From a virus (lineage: Duplodnaviria > Caudoviricetes): a DNA stretch of 39,339 bases. Every line of letters begins with the position of its first letter. Within the stretch, counting starts at the first letter, position 1. The DNA lies in the IMG/VR virus record IMGVR_UViG_3300038393_001554, positions 1 through 39,339 of that record; one strand, written 5' to 3'. Positions 24,507 to 32,145 of the stretch are shown here, piece by piece. A program made the translations under genes and the position numbers. The notes beneath the pieces are model-generated. The model saw only the letters and a list, made by a program, of their open reading frames with translations. It did not search any database and was not told where the DNA came from.

Positions 24507-24892
24507 CGCCGCGCCTCCCTCAGGGCCTTGCGCAGCGCGGCGCCCTCCGTGCAGTTCGCCGGGCAGTCCTGGCACTCCAGGACGTGGGCGTAGAGGGCCT
24601 TGTACGCGTCCTCATACTCCTCGGTCACTGCGCCCTCCGGTTCGCGGTACGGGTTGCCCTCGGCGGGCTCGACCCGCCAGAAGCTCGTGATGATCGCCCG
24701 GTAGGTCCGGTGGGTCGGGTTGGCGCCGGTGTGCTTCAGGGCCCAGACCTCGGCCGGGAGGCGCTCGCCCTCGGTGGCGCCCGACTGCTCCATGCACGTC
24801 GTGCACTCGGCCTCGTACATCGGCTCCTTGGGGGCGCCCTCGGCCGTCTCGGGCCCGAGCGTCCACTCCGCCGCCTTGATGATCGCTTTCAC
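24503..24892 (-). CDS. Zn-binding Streptomyces mobile-element protein (DUF7848-like) with C-terminal HxxxCxxCxxxC extension
   Basis: WTLGPE..YEAECTTC.E.S..WALKHTG.NP.H.TYRAII..FWRV; GTGA coupling; internal GGAGG-GTG could start a second product. Confidence 0.65.
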   Translation of the reverse strand: MKAIIKAAEWTLGPETAEGAPKEPMYEAECTTCMEQSGATEGERLPAEVWALKHTGANPTHRTYRAIITSFWRVEPAEGNPYREPEGAVTEEYEDAYKALYAHVLECQDCPANCTEGAALRKALREARR

Positions 24893-25233
24893 GTCTCGTC
24901 CTTCAGGGTGAGCTGGGCCCACAGCCCCCGTCCGTCGGTGTTGACGCCGGACTGGGTCGAGAGGGCGCTGACGATGCTGAAGCCGGGACCGTGGCTGTGG
25001 AGGAGGCTCAGCTCGACCGAGCCGGCTGCCGTGATCCGGGCGCGTCGCCCCGCCGTGGAGAGGGTCATCTCGACCGTTTCGGTCCCGCTTGCCAGCACGG
25101 AGACGAACAGTTCGTTGGCGACCTGCGGGGCGTCCGGGTGGTCTAAGCGGATGCCGACCCACTCGCGCACCTGGCGAGCTTCAGCCGGATGCGCCTTAAA
25201 TTCTCGGCGCCACGTCTGTCCCGATTCGGACAT
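24889..25233 (-). CDS. Degenerate HATPase_c/RsbW-like 'ATP-binding' regulator; in-frame TTA at codon 30
   Basis: W.REF..P..A..VR.WV..VANELFVS..HGPGF.IV.ALS..G..GRGLWAQL; N-box Asn missing. Confidence 0.7.
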   Translation of the reverse strand: MSESGQTWRREFKAHPAEARQVREWVGIRLDHPDAPQVANELFVSVLASGTETVEMTLSTAGRRARITAAGSVELSLLHSHGPGFSIVSALSTQSGVNTDGRGLWAQLTLKDET

Positions 25234-25255
25234 ACTCGTCCCCCGGTTTCGTGGC

Positions 25256-25352
25256 TTTCTGTGTATCAGATAGCCCTTATCTGTTGCACAGATTGGCGGG
25301 CGGCATTGGCGTAGGTCAAGCTCAGACGGGCAATATGTGTGCGCAGATTGCG
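25256..25352. promoter_or_regulatory. Divergent promoter region with three related operator-like sites
   Basis: ttctgtgtatcagata, ttatctgttgcacagattgg, atatgtgtgcgcagattg; leftward TTGACC-N18-CAATCT (25319-25290). Confidence 0.65.
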
Positions 25353-25378
25353 GCGATCACTCGAAACGGTGGTGGGGC

Positions 25379-26134
25379 ATGGAACGGCCGGGGTACCTAC
25401 GCATCGCTGCCGACCTGCGGAACCGCATCAACTCCGGCGAGTACCGGATCGGTGATCAGATCCCGACGCTCCCGGCTCTGGCCGAGAGGTACGACGTCTC
25501 CGAGACGACGATCCGCAACGCCCTGGCGCTCCTACGCAACGAGGGCCTGATCGAAACAAGGGCCCGCGCCGGTACCCGGGTTCGGGAGAGGCCACCGATC
25601 CACCGGCTGACCTCGGACCGGTACCGCAACAAGCTGGGCGTCCCCTCGACCCCGTTCACCCGGGACCAGCAGATCGGCTGGAGCGAGTACCGCCTGGACA
25701 AGAAGTTCGAGCGGGTGGAGGCCACACCAGAGCTGGCGTCCCTCTTCGAGTGCGAGGTGGGAGAGCCACTGCTGGCCCGCCACTTCGTCTTCTTCGACAA
25801 CGACCAGCCCCACCAGATGAGCACCTCGTACGTGCGCTGGAGCGACGTGGAGGGGACCCCGGTGGCGGACCCGATCCACGAGCCCTGGCCGGGCGGCACC
25901 GTGGCCCAGATGGCCACCCTGGGGATCCGGGTCACCCTGATCAGGGAGTCCTTCACCTGCGGCATGCCGACAGAGCACGAGGCCAAGACCCTGAGGATCG
26001 GCTCCGGTGTCCCCGTCCTCCGCTACACGCGGCGCCACATCGCCCAGGACGGCAGGGTCGTGGAGGTGGCCTCCCCGATCGTGAGGCGCGGAGACACGAC
26101 CGTGGTCGAGTTCGACATCCCCCTCAAGGGCTGA
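25379..26134 (+). CDS. GntR (HutC/UTRA subfamily) transcriptional regulator, KorSA-like
   Basis: YLRIAADLR.RI.SGEY..GDQIPT..LAERYDVSETTIRNAL.LL.NEGLI..RARAGT.V plus a UTRA-like C-terminus. Confidence 0.92.
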   Translation: MERPGYLRIAADLRNRINSGEYRIGDQIPTLPALAERYDVSETTIRNALALLRNEGLIETRARAGTRVRERPPIHRLTSDRYRNKLGVPSTPFTRDQQIGWSEYRLDKKFERVEATPELASLFECEVGEPLLARHFVFFDNDQPHQMSTSYVRWSDVEGTPVADPIHEPWPGGTVAQMATLGIRVTLIRESFTCGMPTEHEAKTLRIGSGVPVLRYTRRHIAQDGRVVEVASPIVRRGDTTVVEFDIPLKG

Positions 26135-26642
26135 CGGCTGGCTCGTGGCCGTTGCCGTCATCTTCGAGGGCTGCACGGGCCGCGTTGGTGAACTTCTCCA
26201 AGGCGCCCTGCACGGCCATGAGCATCCGTGGCACCTCTGGGTGTTGATGAACGATCCCGTTCCTCAGTTGCGCCACCATGCCCGCAAGATCCGCCGCGGC
26301 TACCGCAACGTTTCCCGGACCCGCTAGCGCTACTACCGCGCGGCGCCTGCGGACGGAGTTGTTGAGTTCCTCGATCCGGGCGTAAGCCTCCTCTACTGAC
26401 GCGGCACGAAATAGATCCAGAACTTCCTGCACCGCGTCGACCAGGTCCGCATATGCCTGGGATCTCGGTTCTCGCCTCTCCCGCAGGCTCTCGAAGCGAC
26501 GTTGACGTTCGGCCTGCGACGCCTGAGACATGAGCTGAAGACGAGTCGTCCGGAGACCGAACCAGCTCGTCCCCACGGCCGTCAGTCCCGCCAGACCACC
26601 ACCGATTGCCGCACCGACGACGGCCGCAACTCCTGCATCCAC
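26124..26642 (-). CDS. Moron-like membrane-anchored protein (172 aa)
   Basis: N-terminal TM (MDAGVAAVVGAAIGGGLAG), R...AYADL helix; visibly lower GC3; lies after the lysis terminator. Confidence 0.7.
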   Translation of the reverse strand: MDAGVAAVVGAAIGGGLAGLTAVGTSWFGLRTTRLQLMSQASQAERQRRFESLRERREPRSQAYADLVDAVQEVLDLFRAASVEEAYARIEELNNSVRRRRAVVALAGPGNVAVAAADLAGMVAQLRNGIVHQHPEVPRMLMAVQGALEKFTNAARAALEDDGNGHEPAVSP

Positions 26643-26689
26643 AGCGTGATTCTCACTGGCCGAGCCGATCACGGCAGGAAAACGAGAAG

Positions 26690-26726
26690 AGCGCCCCCGA
26701 TCTCCGCGAGGGAGACCGGGGGCGCT
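26690..26726 (-). terminator. Terminator after the endolysin
   Basis: agcgcccccg..cgggggcgct stem with a CTTCTCGTTTT tail. Confidence 0.75.
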
Positions 26727-26770
26727 GGTGTCCTGCCAGAGACACTTGGAGTGGCTCCAGGGTACGGGGC

Positions 26771-27628
26771 TCAGCCCTTCGGGACCTTCAGTTCGTCCCA
26801 GCTCGTCTTGCCCGGAGGCCAGGTGGCCGCCGAGCCGGTGAAGCCCAGCTTGCGCTGCCACGCCTCGTAGGACGCCTTGTCCCCGGAGCCGATCGTGTTC
26901 TTGTTTGCGCTGCTCTGGTACCGGTTGCAGCCCACGGCCACCAGGCGGTCGTGCATGCGACCCACGATCGGGCTCGTACGGCCCATGGAGAACCAGGCGG
27001 CCCCAGGGAAGGGCTCGTACCGCGTGGCGGGCTGGGGCTTCGGAGAGGCCGGGAAGGCGGGCCAGGTGCCCGGGTCCGTGTGGTCGTTCTCGGGGACCTG
27101 AGCGTGGGCGTACCAACCGGCGGTGTGCTCCCAAACGGACTCCGAGCGGTGGCCGACGAAGCCGTTGGGCTTACCCATCGGCCAGACGTCCGGGACGCCC
27201 CAGGACTTCACCCAGGCGTGCAGCTCGTCCCAGCCCTTACAGGGGGTGTCCTCCAGCGACTCGTAGACCTTGCCGTTGTACCGGCACCAGGGGAAGAAGA
27301 GCGCCTCGATCTGGATGACCACCGAGCCGGCCCGGTTGGTCCTGGTGCCGCCGGGCTGGTCCACCACGGACTTGGAGCGGCTGTTGGCCGGGACGAACTG
27401 GGTGAACTGTCCGGTGAAAGGCGACCAGAGGATGTGCGGGGCCATCGCTCGCCCGCCGCCGGAGAAGTAGGAGCGCAGGTTGGCGAAGGGCACGAGGTCC
27501 TGGGGCTTGGCCTTGGAGGCGTTCTTGTCCCAGGTGATGTGGGCGATGGCCTTAGCGGGCCCGCCGTCGGTGGGTGCGTGATCGCCGATGTCGAGCTTCT
27601 CGGCACCGGGGAGCCAGAGGTCGGACAC
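26771..27628 (-). CDS. Endolysin: N-acetylmuramoyl-L-alanine amidase plus C-terminal peptidoglycan-binding domain
   Basis: AIAHITWD, APH, IQIE, HAQVPENDHTDPG; YEPFPG..F..GR.SPIV..M..RL..WQRKLG..PG..SW..L. Confidence 0.9.
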   Translation of the reverse strand: MSDLWLPGAEKLDIGDHAPTDGGPAKAIAHITWDKNASKAKPQDLVPFANLRSYFSGGGRAMAPHILWSPFTGQFTQFVPANSRSKSVVDQPGGTRTNRAGSVVIQIEALFFPWCRYNGKVYESLEDTPCKGWDELHAWVKSWGVPDVWPMGKPNGFVGHRSESVWEHTAGWYAHAQVPENDHTDPGTWPAFPASPKPQPATRYEPFPGAAWFSMGRTSPIVGRMHDRLVAVGCNRYQSSANKNTIGSGDKASYEAWQRKLGFTGSAATWPPGKTSWDELKVPKG

Positions 27629-27657
27629 AGGGCCTCCTTCAGGGTCTGGCGGGCATG

Positions 27658-27720
27658 AAAAAGGCCCCCGGCGATGGGCCAGGGGCTGAGCCCACTCCGG
27701 CGGGGGGTACCGGAGTGGGC
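27658..27720 (-). terminator. Tandem hairpins (the second with a T5 tail) between holin and endolysin
   Basis: gcccactccgg/ccggagtgggc; agcccctgg..ccgggggcc TTTTT. Confidence 0.55.
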
Positions 27721-27735
27721 GGCTTGGGGGACGGC

Positions 27736-28056
27736 TCAGGAGGCCGTGGGCGGGTCCTCGGGGTGGTCCCGCAGGTACCGGAGGTAGGAGAGGAACCGGA
27801 CCAGGAGAAGGGCCGTGGTGGCCGTCAGGAGGCCGATGGAGAGGACGGTGTCCCACCAGGGGCCGGGGGAGGAGTCACCGCGGATTCCCAGCAGCACGAG
27901 CGACCGGGCGTAGATCAGGCCGATGATGATGACCCAGCCCGAGGAGTTGAACTCCGTGAGCCGGAACGGGTGACGAGGGTGGTGCAGGACTATGAACCCG
28001 GCCGAGGCGGCCAGGCCAACGCCCAGCAGGACGTACAGGGCGAGGGCGTAGAGCAT
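27736..28056 (-). CDS. Putative holin (3 TM)
   Basis: Three hydrophobic helices; directly upstream of the endolysin; AAGGAGG RBS. Confidence 0.7.
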   Translation of the reverse strand: MLYALALYVLLGVGLAASAGFIVLHHPRHPFRLTEFNSSGWVIIIGLIYARSLVLLGIRGDSSPGPWWDTVLSIGLLTATTALLLVRFLSYLRYLRDHPEDPPTAS

Positions 28057-28070
28057 CGGGCCTCCTTGCG

Positions 28071-28292
28071 TCAGCCGTCGGTCAGCCGGCTCAGGACGAT
28101 CGACTCGATCCAGTCGCTGTAGGAGTTGGCGCGGTTGTGCGCTCTGATCTGCTCCTTCACCCGGCGGCTCTCGCTGAGCTTGGCCTCCACCTCGGGCTCG
28201 TGGGCCATGGCCTCTTGGAGGGACTTCTCGGCGGCCCTCAGCGCGGTCTCCGCATCGGAAGACACCTTGGTACGTCGGGTGAAGAGCCGCAT
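28071..28292 (-). CDS. Small helical lysis-cassette protein (73 aa)
   Basis: MRLFTRR..AL.AAE.SL..N.YSDWI; sits between membrane genes. Confidence 0.65.
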   Translation of the reverse strand: MRLFTRRTKVSSDAETALRAAEKSLQEAMAHEPEVEAKLSESRRVKEQIRAHNRANSYSDWIESIVLSRLTDG

Positions 28293-28294
28293 CG

Positions 28295-28633
28295 TCAGGC
28301 GCTCCCGTGCAGTTGGGGACGGTGACCCAGCTCTTCGAGGAGGTGGGTCAGCGTCTTGCCCTGCTCGACCGCGACGTCCCCGCGCTCCTCGGCCTTGGCG
28401 AGCTGTTCCCGTGTCGCCTGGTGGGCCTGGCGTTCGTCCTCGTACGCCTTGTGCCACCTGTCGCACTCGGTCGTGAGCCTGGTCATCACGTATTTCGGCA
28501 CGATGGTACCGAGGATCAACAGGACGACCACCACGCCGACGATGCCGTACTGGACGAACTGGCCTATGAGCTGGCCGACATCGGGGCTGGAGTCCTCGGC
28601 TGCGGCGATTCTGAGCAGCTCAGGGAGCAACAA
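28295..28633 (-). CDS. Single-TM, coiled-coil lysis-cassette protein (holin-like)
   Basis: TTG start with AAGGAGG; QYGIVGVVVVLLILG.IVP..W..AYE.ER.AH. Confidence 0.65.
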   Translation of the reverse strand: MLLPELLRIAAAEDSSPDVGQLIGQFVQYGIVGVVVVLLILGTIVPKYVMTRLTTECDRWHKAYEDERQAHQATREQLAKAEERGDVAVEQGKTLTHLLEELGHRPQLHGSA

Positions 28634-28734
28634 GGGGACCTCCTTGCGGGATGTGCGCAGGAAGATCCAGCGCGGGGAAGGGGCCCGGCCCCAGGGCGAA
28701 CCACACCCAGGAACTCCCGGGGCCGGGGGCTTGG

Positions 28735-29367
28735 TCAGCTCACGGCAGCCCAGTACGCCTGGACGCCGGTCTGCGAGTTGCTGGACGGGGTGATGGACGA
28801 TGGCAGCGCGGTGAGCCCGGTCGTGGTCCCGTTGACCGCCCACCGAGCAGTAGTCGCCAAGAGGTTGATGATGTTCCCGGAAGCGGTGTTGCCGCCGTGC
28901 TTCAGCAGCGTGGGCGGAGTCGTGGCGTTGAACATGAACGCCGCCCACACGAAGCTCCCTGCCGAGACGGCCTGGGCGGCGTCAAGCGTCGCGCTCTGCG
29001 GTCCGTTGCCGGTTTTGGCGTCGATGTTGGCCGACGACATCAGGGTGCCCGCCGAGGAGTAGAGCCCGGCGAAGTTCTGCCCGGACGTCGGGGTGTTGGG
29101 CGCTGACGTGTGGCACCACCAGACCTTCGTGATCGTGGTGGCGTACCGGAGGTTCAGCCGGACCAGGTAGATGGATCCGTTGGCCGGGGTGGAGTTGGTC
29201 GTCGCGTTCGACGGGTCACCGGACCACGAGATCATCCCGTGATCGGACGGGACCCACCCACCCGACATGACGGAGGCACCCCCGACGGTGAGGCTGCCCC
29301 CGATCGCGACGTTCTTCGAGGTGGTAAGGACCCCGCCCTGGTACTTGAGATCGATGTCTTTGATCAT
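28735..29367 (-). CDS. Minor tail protein (210 aa)
   Basis: Ser/Thr/Gly-rich beta protein at the end of the tail module. Confidence 0.7.
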   Translation of the reverse strand: MIKDIDLKYQGGVLTTSKNVAIGGSLTVGGASVMSGGWVPSDHGMISWSGDPSNATTNSTPANGSIYLVRLNLRYATTITKVWWCHTSAPNTPTSGQNFAGLYSSAGTLMSSANIDAKTGNGPQSATLDAAQAVSAGSFVWAAFMFNATTPPTLLKHGGNTASGNIINLLATTARWAVNGTTTGLTALPSSITPSSNSQTGVQAYWAAVS

Positions 29368-29377
29368 CGACGCCCCC

Positions 29378-31066
29378 TTACGAGTAGAGCCGCATGACGT
29401 CGCTGACCGGGACCACGGGGATTCCCCGCGAGGAGATCCCCGCCATGATCGTCTGGAAGTCGGCCTGGGAACATTCAGTCGATACCGTGGCCGCGCCAGT
29501 GGTGATCTTGTGAAAGGTCAGGATCAGCCAGCCACCCGCGAGCTGGCACTTGTCCAGCAGGCCGCCCGCCGCCACCAGGTTGGCCGGGTTGTTCGCGCCC
29601 ACCTGGGTGGAGCTGATCGAGGAGACCGCGCGCATTCGCATCGGCATCCCGGCAGGGAAGGTCTCGGTGGGGTAGCCGGTCTGGAACAGAATGGTGCGGC
29701 CGGTGGAGAAGTACCGGTTGGCGATGGAGTCGATGCCCACGCCGTCGGTGGTCTTCTGGTACTCGCCGCCCGGGTAAGCGATGCCCTCGCCCCGGAAGCC
29801 GTTGCTTACGAGCCACTGCTTGCCCTTGCGCAGGTCGTCATCGACCTGGGCCGCCGTGTACGCGGTGTACCGGTTGTCGTGCATGGCGGTCGCGTAGGCG
29901 TGGAAACCGACCTCCCAGCCGCTGAAGTTCTGGAGCGTCTGGTTCTGGGCGGTCGTCATGTAGTTGCCCGTGCCGAGGTTCTGCACGATGACGTAGTTGG
30001 TGCCCTGGAACCCATACGCGTCCATGACGGGCCTGGCGTAGTCGTAGATCGACTGGGCTCCGTCATCGAAGACGATGCTCACCACGCCGTTGGGGAAGGT
30101 CGCAGTCGTGCCGTCGATGACCTCAACGGCCTGGACATCCAGCGTGATGGCGTTGCCGTTGGTGGCGATGGCCTGGACCTCGAAGTCCGTGAAGCCCGTG
30201 GTGGTGCTCGGGACGCCGGTGGAGCTGATGGTGTACGAGCCGGATGCGGAGTTCAGCGAAGACCAGCCGAACGTCAAGGTGATCCATTCGCCACTGGAGC
30301 CGAGCTGCGAGGTGGCCGAGATCTCCCACAGGCGCCACTTGAAGTTGTTGGCCAGGCTGGAAGTGCCGACGAAGAAGTTGATGTCGCTGACCTTGGTGAT
30401 GTCGTCTATCCGGCAGATCAGGCGGATCGCCTTGTCCGTCAGATCCATGGCGGGCATGGCGAACTTCCGGAGGTTGGCGGCCCCGGCGCTGGTGTTCGTG
30501 GTGATCGAGGCGCACTGGGTGCCGCGTACGAAGGCCGCCGTGTTGTTCAGGTTGCTGGAAGCCGCGTTGTTCGCCGTCCAGCCGTGACCGGCCTGGAATT
30601 GGAACGACAGACCGTTGACCGCAGGCCGCCAGGCCGGAGTGTTCCGGGACGGGGCGATGACGCCGTACGGGCCGATCGGTCCACTGAGCCGGCCCGACAC
30701 TGTCAGGTCGCCCGTGATGGTGCCGCCAGACCTCAAGTCGGCAGCGACATCGAGCTTGGTGGTCTCCAGATCGGCGATGGCGTCACCGAGGTCGGTGGCC
30801 TGCATGCGGACACGGCCGCCCGCGAAGCCGAAGTCCAAGTACAGGGCCGTCACGCCGTCCGGACCGTAGAAGCTGATCATCGAGTACGTGTCGGAGGTGA
30901 CCGAGACGATCGGATTGCCCGACAGGTCGGTCAGGTCGGTGATCTGGGTGCCGCCGCTGAGGGCGTCCCAGGCCGTACCGACCGAGCCGGGCTCCAGGAC
31001 CAGCGACGTGCCCGACTGGGACACGGTGACATCGGCGGGGGAGCCACCGAAGAGATGACGGGCCAT
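29378..31066 (-). CDS. Tail fibre/spike with C-terminal polysaccharide deacetylase (CE4/NodB) domain
   Basis: Phage-type N-terminus MARHLFGGSPAD..WDALSGGTQITDL; SIVFDDG, GWEVGFH, IAYPGG, ILTFHKI. Confidence 0.85.
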   Translation of the reverse strand: MARHLFGGSPADVTVSQSGTSLVLEPGSVGTAWDALSGGTQITDLTDLSGNPIVSVTSDTYSMISFYGPDGVTALYLDFGFAGGRVRMQATDLGDAIADLETTKLDVAADLRSGGTITGDLTVSGRLSGPIGPYGVIAPSRNTPAWRPAVNGLSFQFQAGHGWTANNAASSNLNNTAAFVRGTQCASITTNTSAGAANLRKFAMPAMDLTDKAIRLICRIDDITKVSDINFFVGTSSLANNFKWRLWEISATSQLGSSGEWITLTFGWSSLNSASGSYTISSTGVPSTTTGFTDFEVQAIATNGNAITLDVQAVEVIDGTTATFPNGVVSIVFDDGAQSIYDYARPVMDAYGFQGTNYVIVQNLGTGNYMTTAQNQTLQNFSGWEVGFHAYATAMHDNRYTAYTAAQVDDDLRKGKQWLVSNGFRGEGIAYPGGEYQKTTDGVGIDSIANRYFSTGRTILFQTGYPTETFPAGMPMRMRAVSSISSTQVGANNPANLVAAGGLLDKCQLAGGWLILTFHKITTGAATVSTECSQADFQTIMAGISSRGIPVVPVSDVMRLYS

Positions 31067-31094
31067 GGCCCCTCCTTCGTTGTGGGTGTGGGGG

Positions 31095-32129
31095 TCAGGC
31101 CGCTTCGATCACGCCGGTGATCGTGAGGATGTCGCCGCTCTGGATGTTGAAGGGCGTGTTGTTCTCGATGTTGGCGCTGTTGACCTGGCCGTATGACGGG
31201 GTACCGGTCGCGGAGGCGGACATCGGGACCCGGATGCGCGTGATCTTGTTGGGCGCCTCGGTCGGGTACGTGATGCCGGTACCGACGAAGGACAGACCGC
31301 CGTTGGCCGAGGCCTGGGTGAAGGACACGTTGAACAGCTCGCGCGTGGCCCCCTGGACGTTGAACGGCAGCGTCACTCGCATCGGACCGTCGATCCCCGC
31401 CGGGTTCCCGGTCGGGGTGAGCTGGATCTTGACGAAGTAGACGTTGCCCGCCAGGCGCTTGTACCTGCCGATGTTCTGGGCGCCGGAGCCCCAGTTGATG
31501 ACCGTGCCGCCCGTGTCCCAGACGGGCGTGTAGGTCTTGGCGGCCGGGTCCTCGGCGGTCCCGAGGAAGTTCCAGTTCGTGCCGTCGCCGAGGTACAAGT
31601 CCGTGCCGTTGTCGACGTGGATCTGGCCCCGGACCGGAGGACGGCGGTAGGCAGAGCTGCCGAAGACCGCAGGACGGCCTACGAACCACCGGACGTCCGT
31701 GACCCCCGACGGAGGCACGACAGACGCTCCAGCGGCCACCGTGACCCGCGCGAGGGGGATCTCCCAGGTGCCGTTGAGGGTCTGCGTCAGGGACGGGAAG
31801 CTCGTGCCGCCCGTCTTGTACTGGACCGTGGTGGCGTCCGCCGACGGATCCCGCCGCAGGACGATCAGGTCGTTGCGGGCCGAGCCGCCACCGGAGTTGG
31901 TGGGGACGCTCACGTTCAGCGCGGCGCTGTTGGAGTAGTAGGTCCCCTGGATCCACGCCTCACCGGCGGCGACCGAGACCGTGGAGGCGTTCGAGGCCGT
32001 GACCTTCAGGTCCGTGCCGTTCTCGCTCGTGGCGAAGACGCCGTCCACCTGGGCCATCCGGAAGTACGACGACCACTGGTCCTCAGTGGTGATCTGCGAG
32101 GAGCCGAAGGGAAAGCTGCTCTGGGCCAC
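31095..32129 (-). CDS. Minor tail/baseplate protein
   Basis: MAQSSFPF..TEDQWS..DGV..VSVAAGEAWIQG..R.DLIVLR.DP..WEIPLA.V.V. Confidence 0.8.
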   Translation of the reverse strand: MAQSSFPFGSSQITTEDQWSSYFRMAQVDGVFATSENGTDLKVTASNASTVSVAAGEAWIQGTYYSNSAALNVSVPTNSGGGSARNDLIVLRRDPSADATTVQYKTGGTSFPSLTQTLNGTWEIPLARVTVAAGASVVPPSGVTDVRWFVGRPAVFGSSAYRRPPVRGQIHVDNGTDLYLGDGTNWNFLGTAEDPAAKTYTPVWDTGGTVINWGSGAQNIGRYKRLAGNVYFVKIQLTPTGNPAGIDGPMRVTLPFNVQGATRELFNVSFTQASANGGLSFVGTGITYPTEAPNKITRIRVPMSASATGTPSYGQVNSANIENNTPFNIQSGDILTITGVIEAA

Positions 32130-32145
32130 GGGTGTCTCCTTGGGA

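Noticed and set aside
11900-26134. Integrated AICE or conjugative plasmid within the phage
   Set aside because: No FtsK/TraB Walker motifs, no RepSA-type protein and no separate att boundaries; the genes are interleaved with phage early genes
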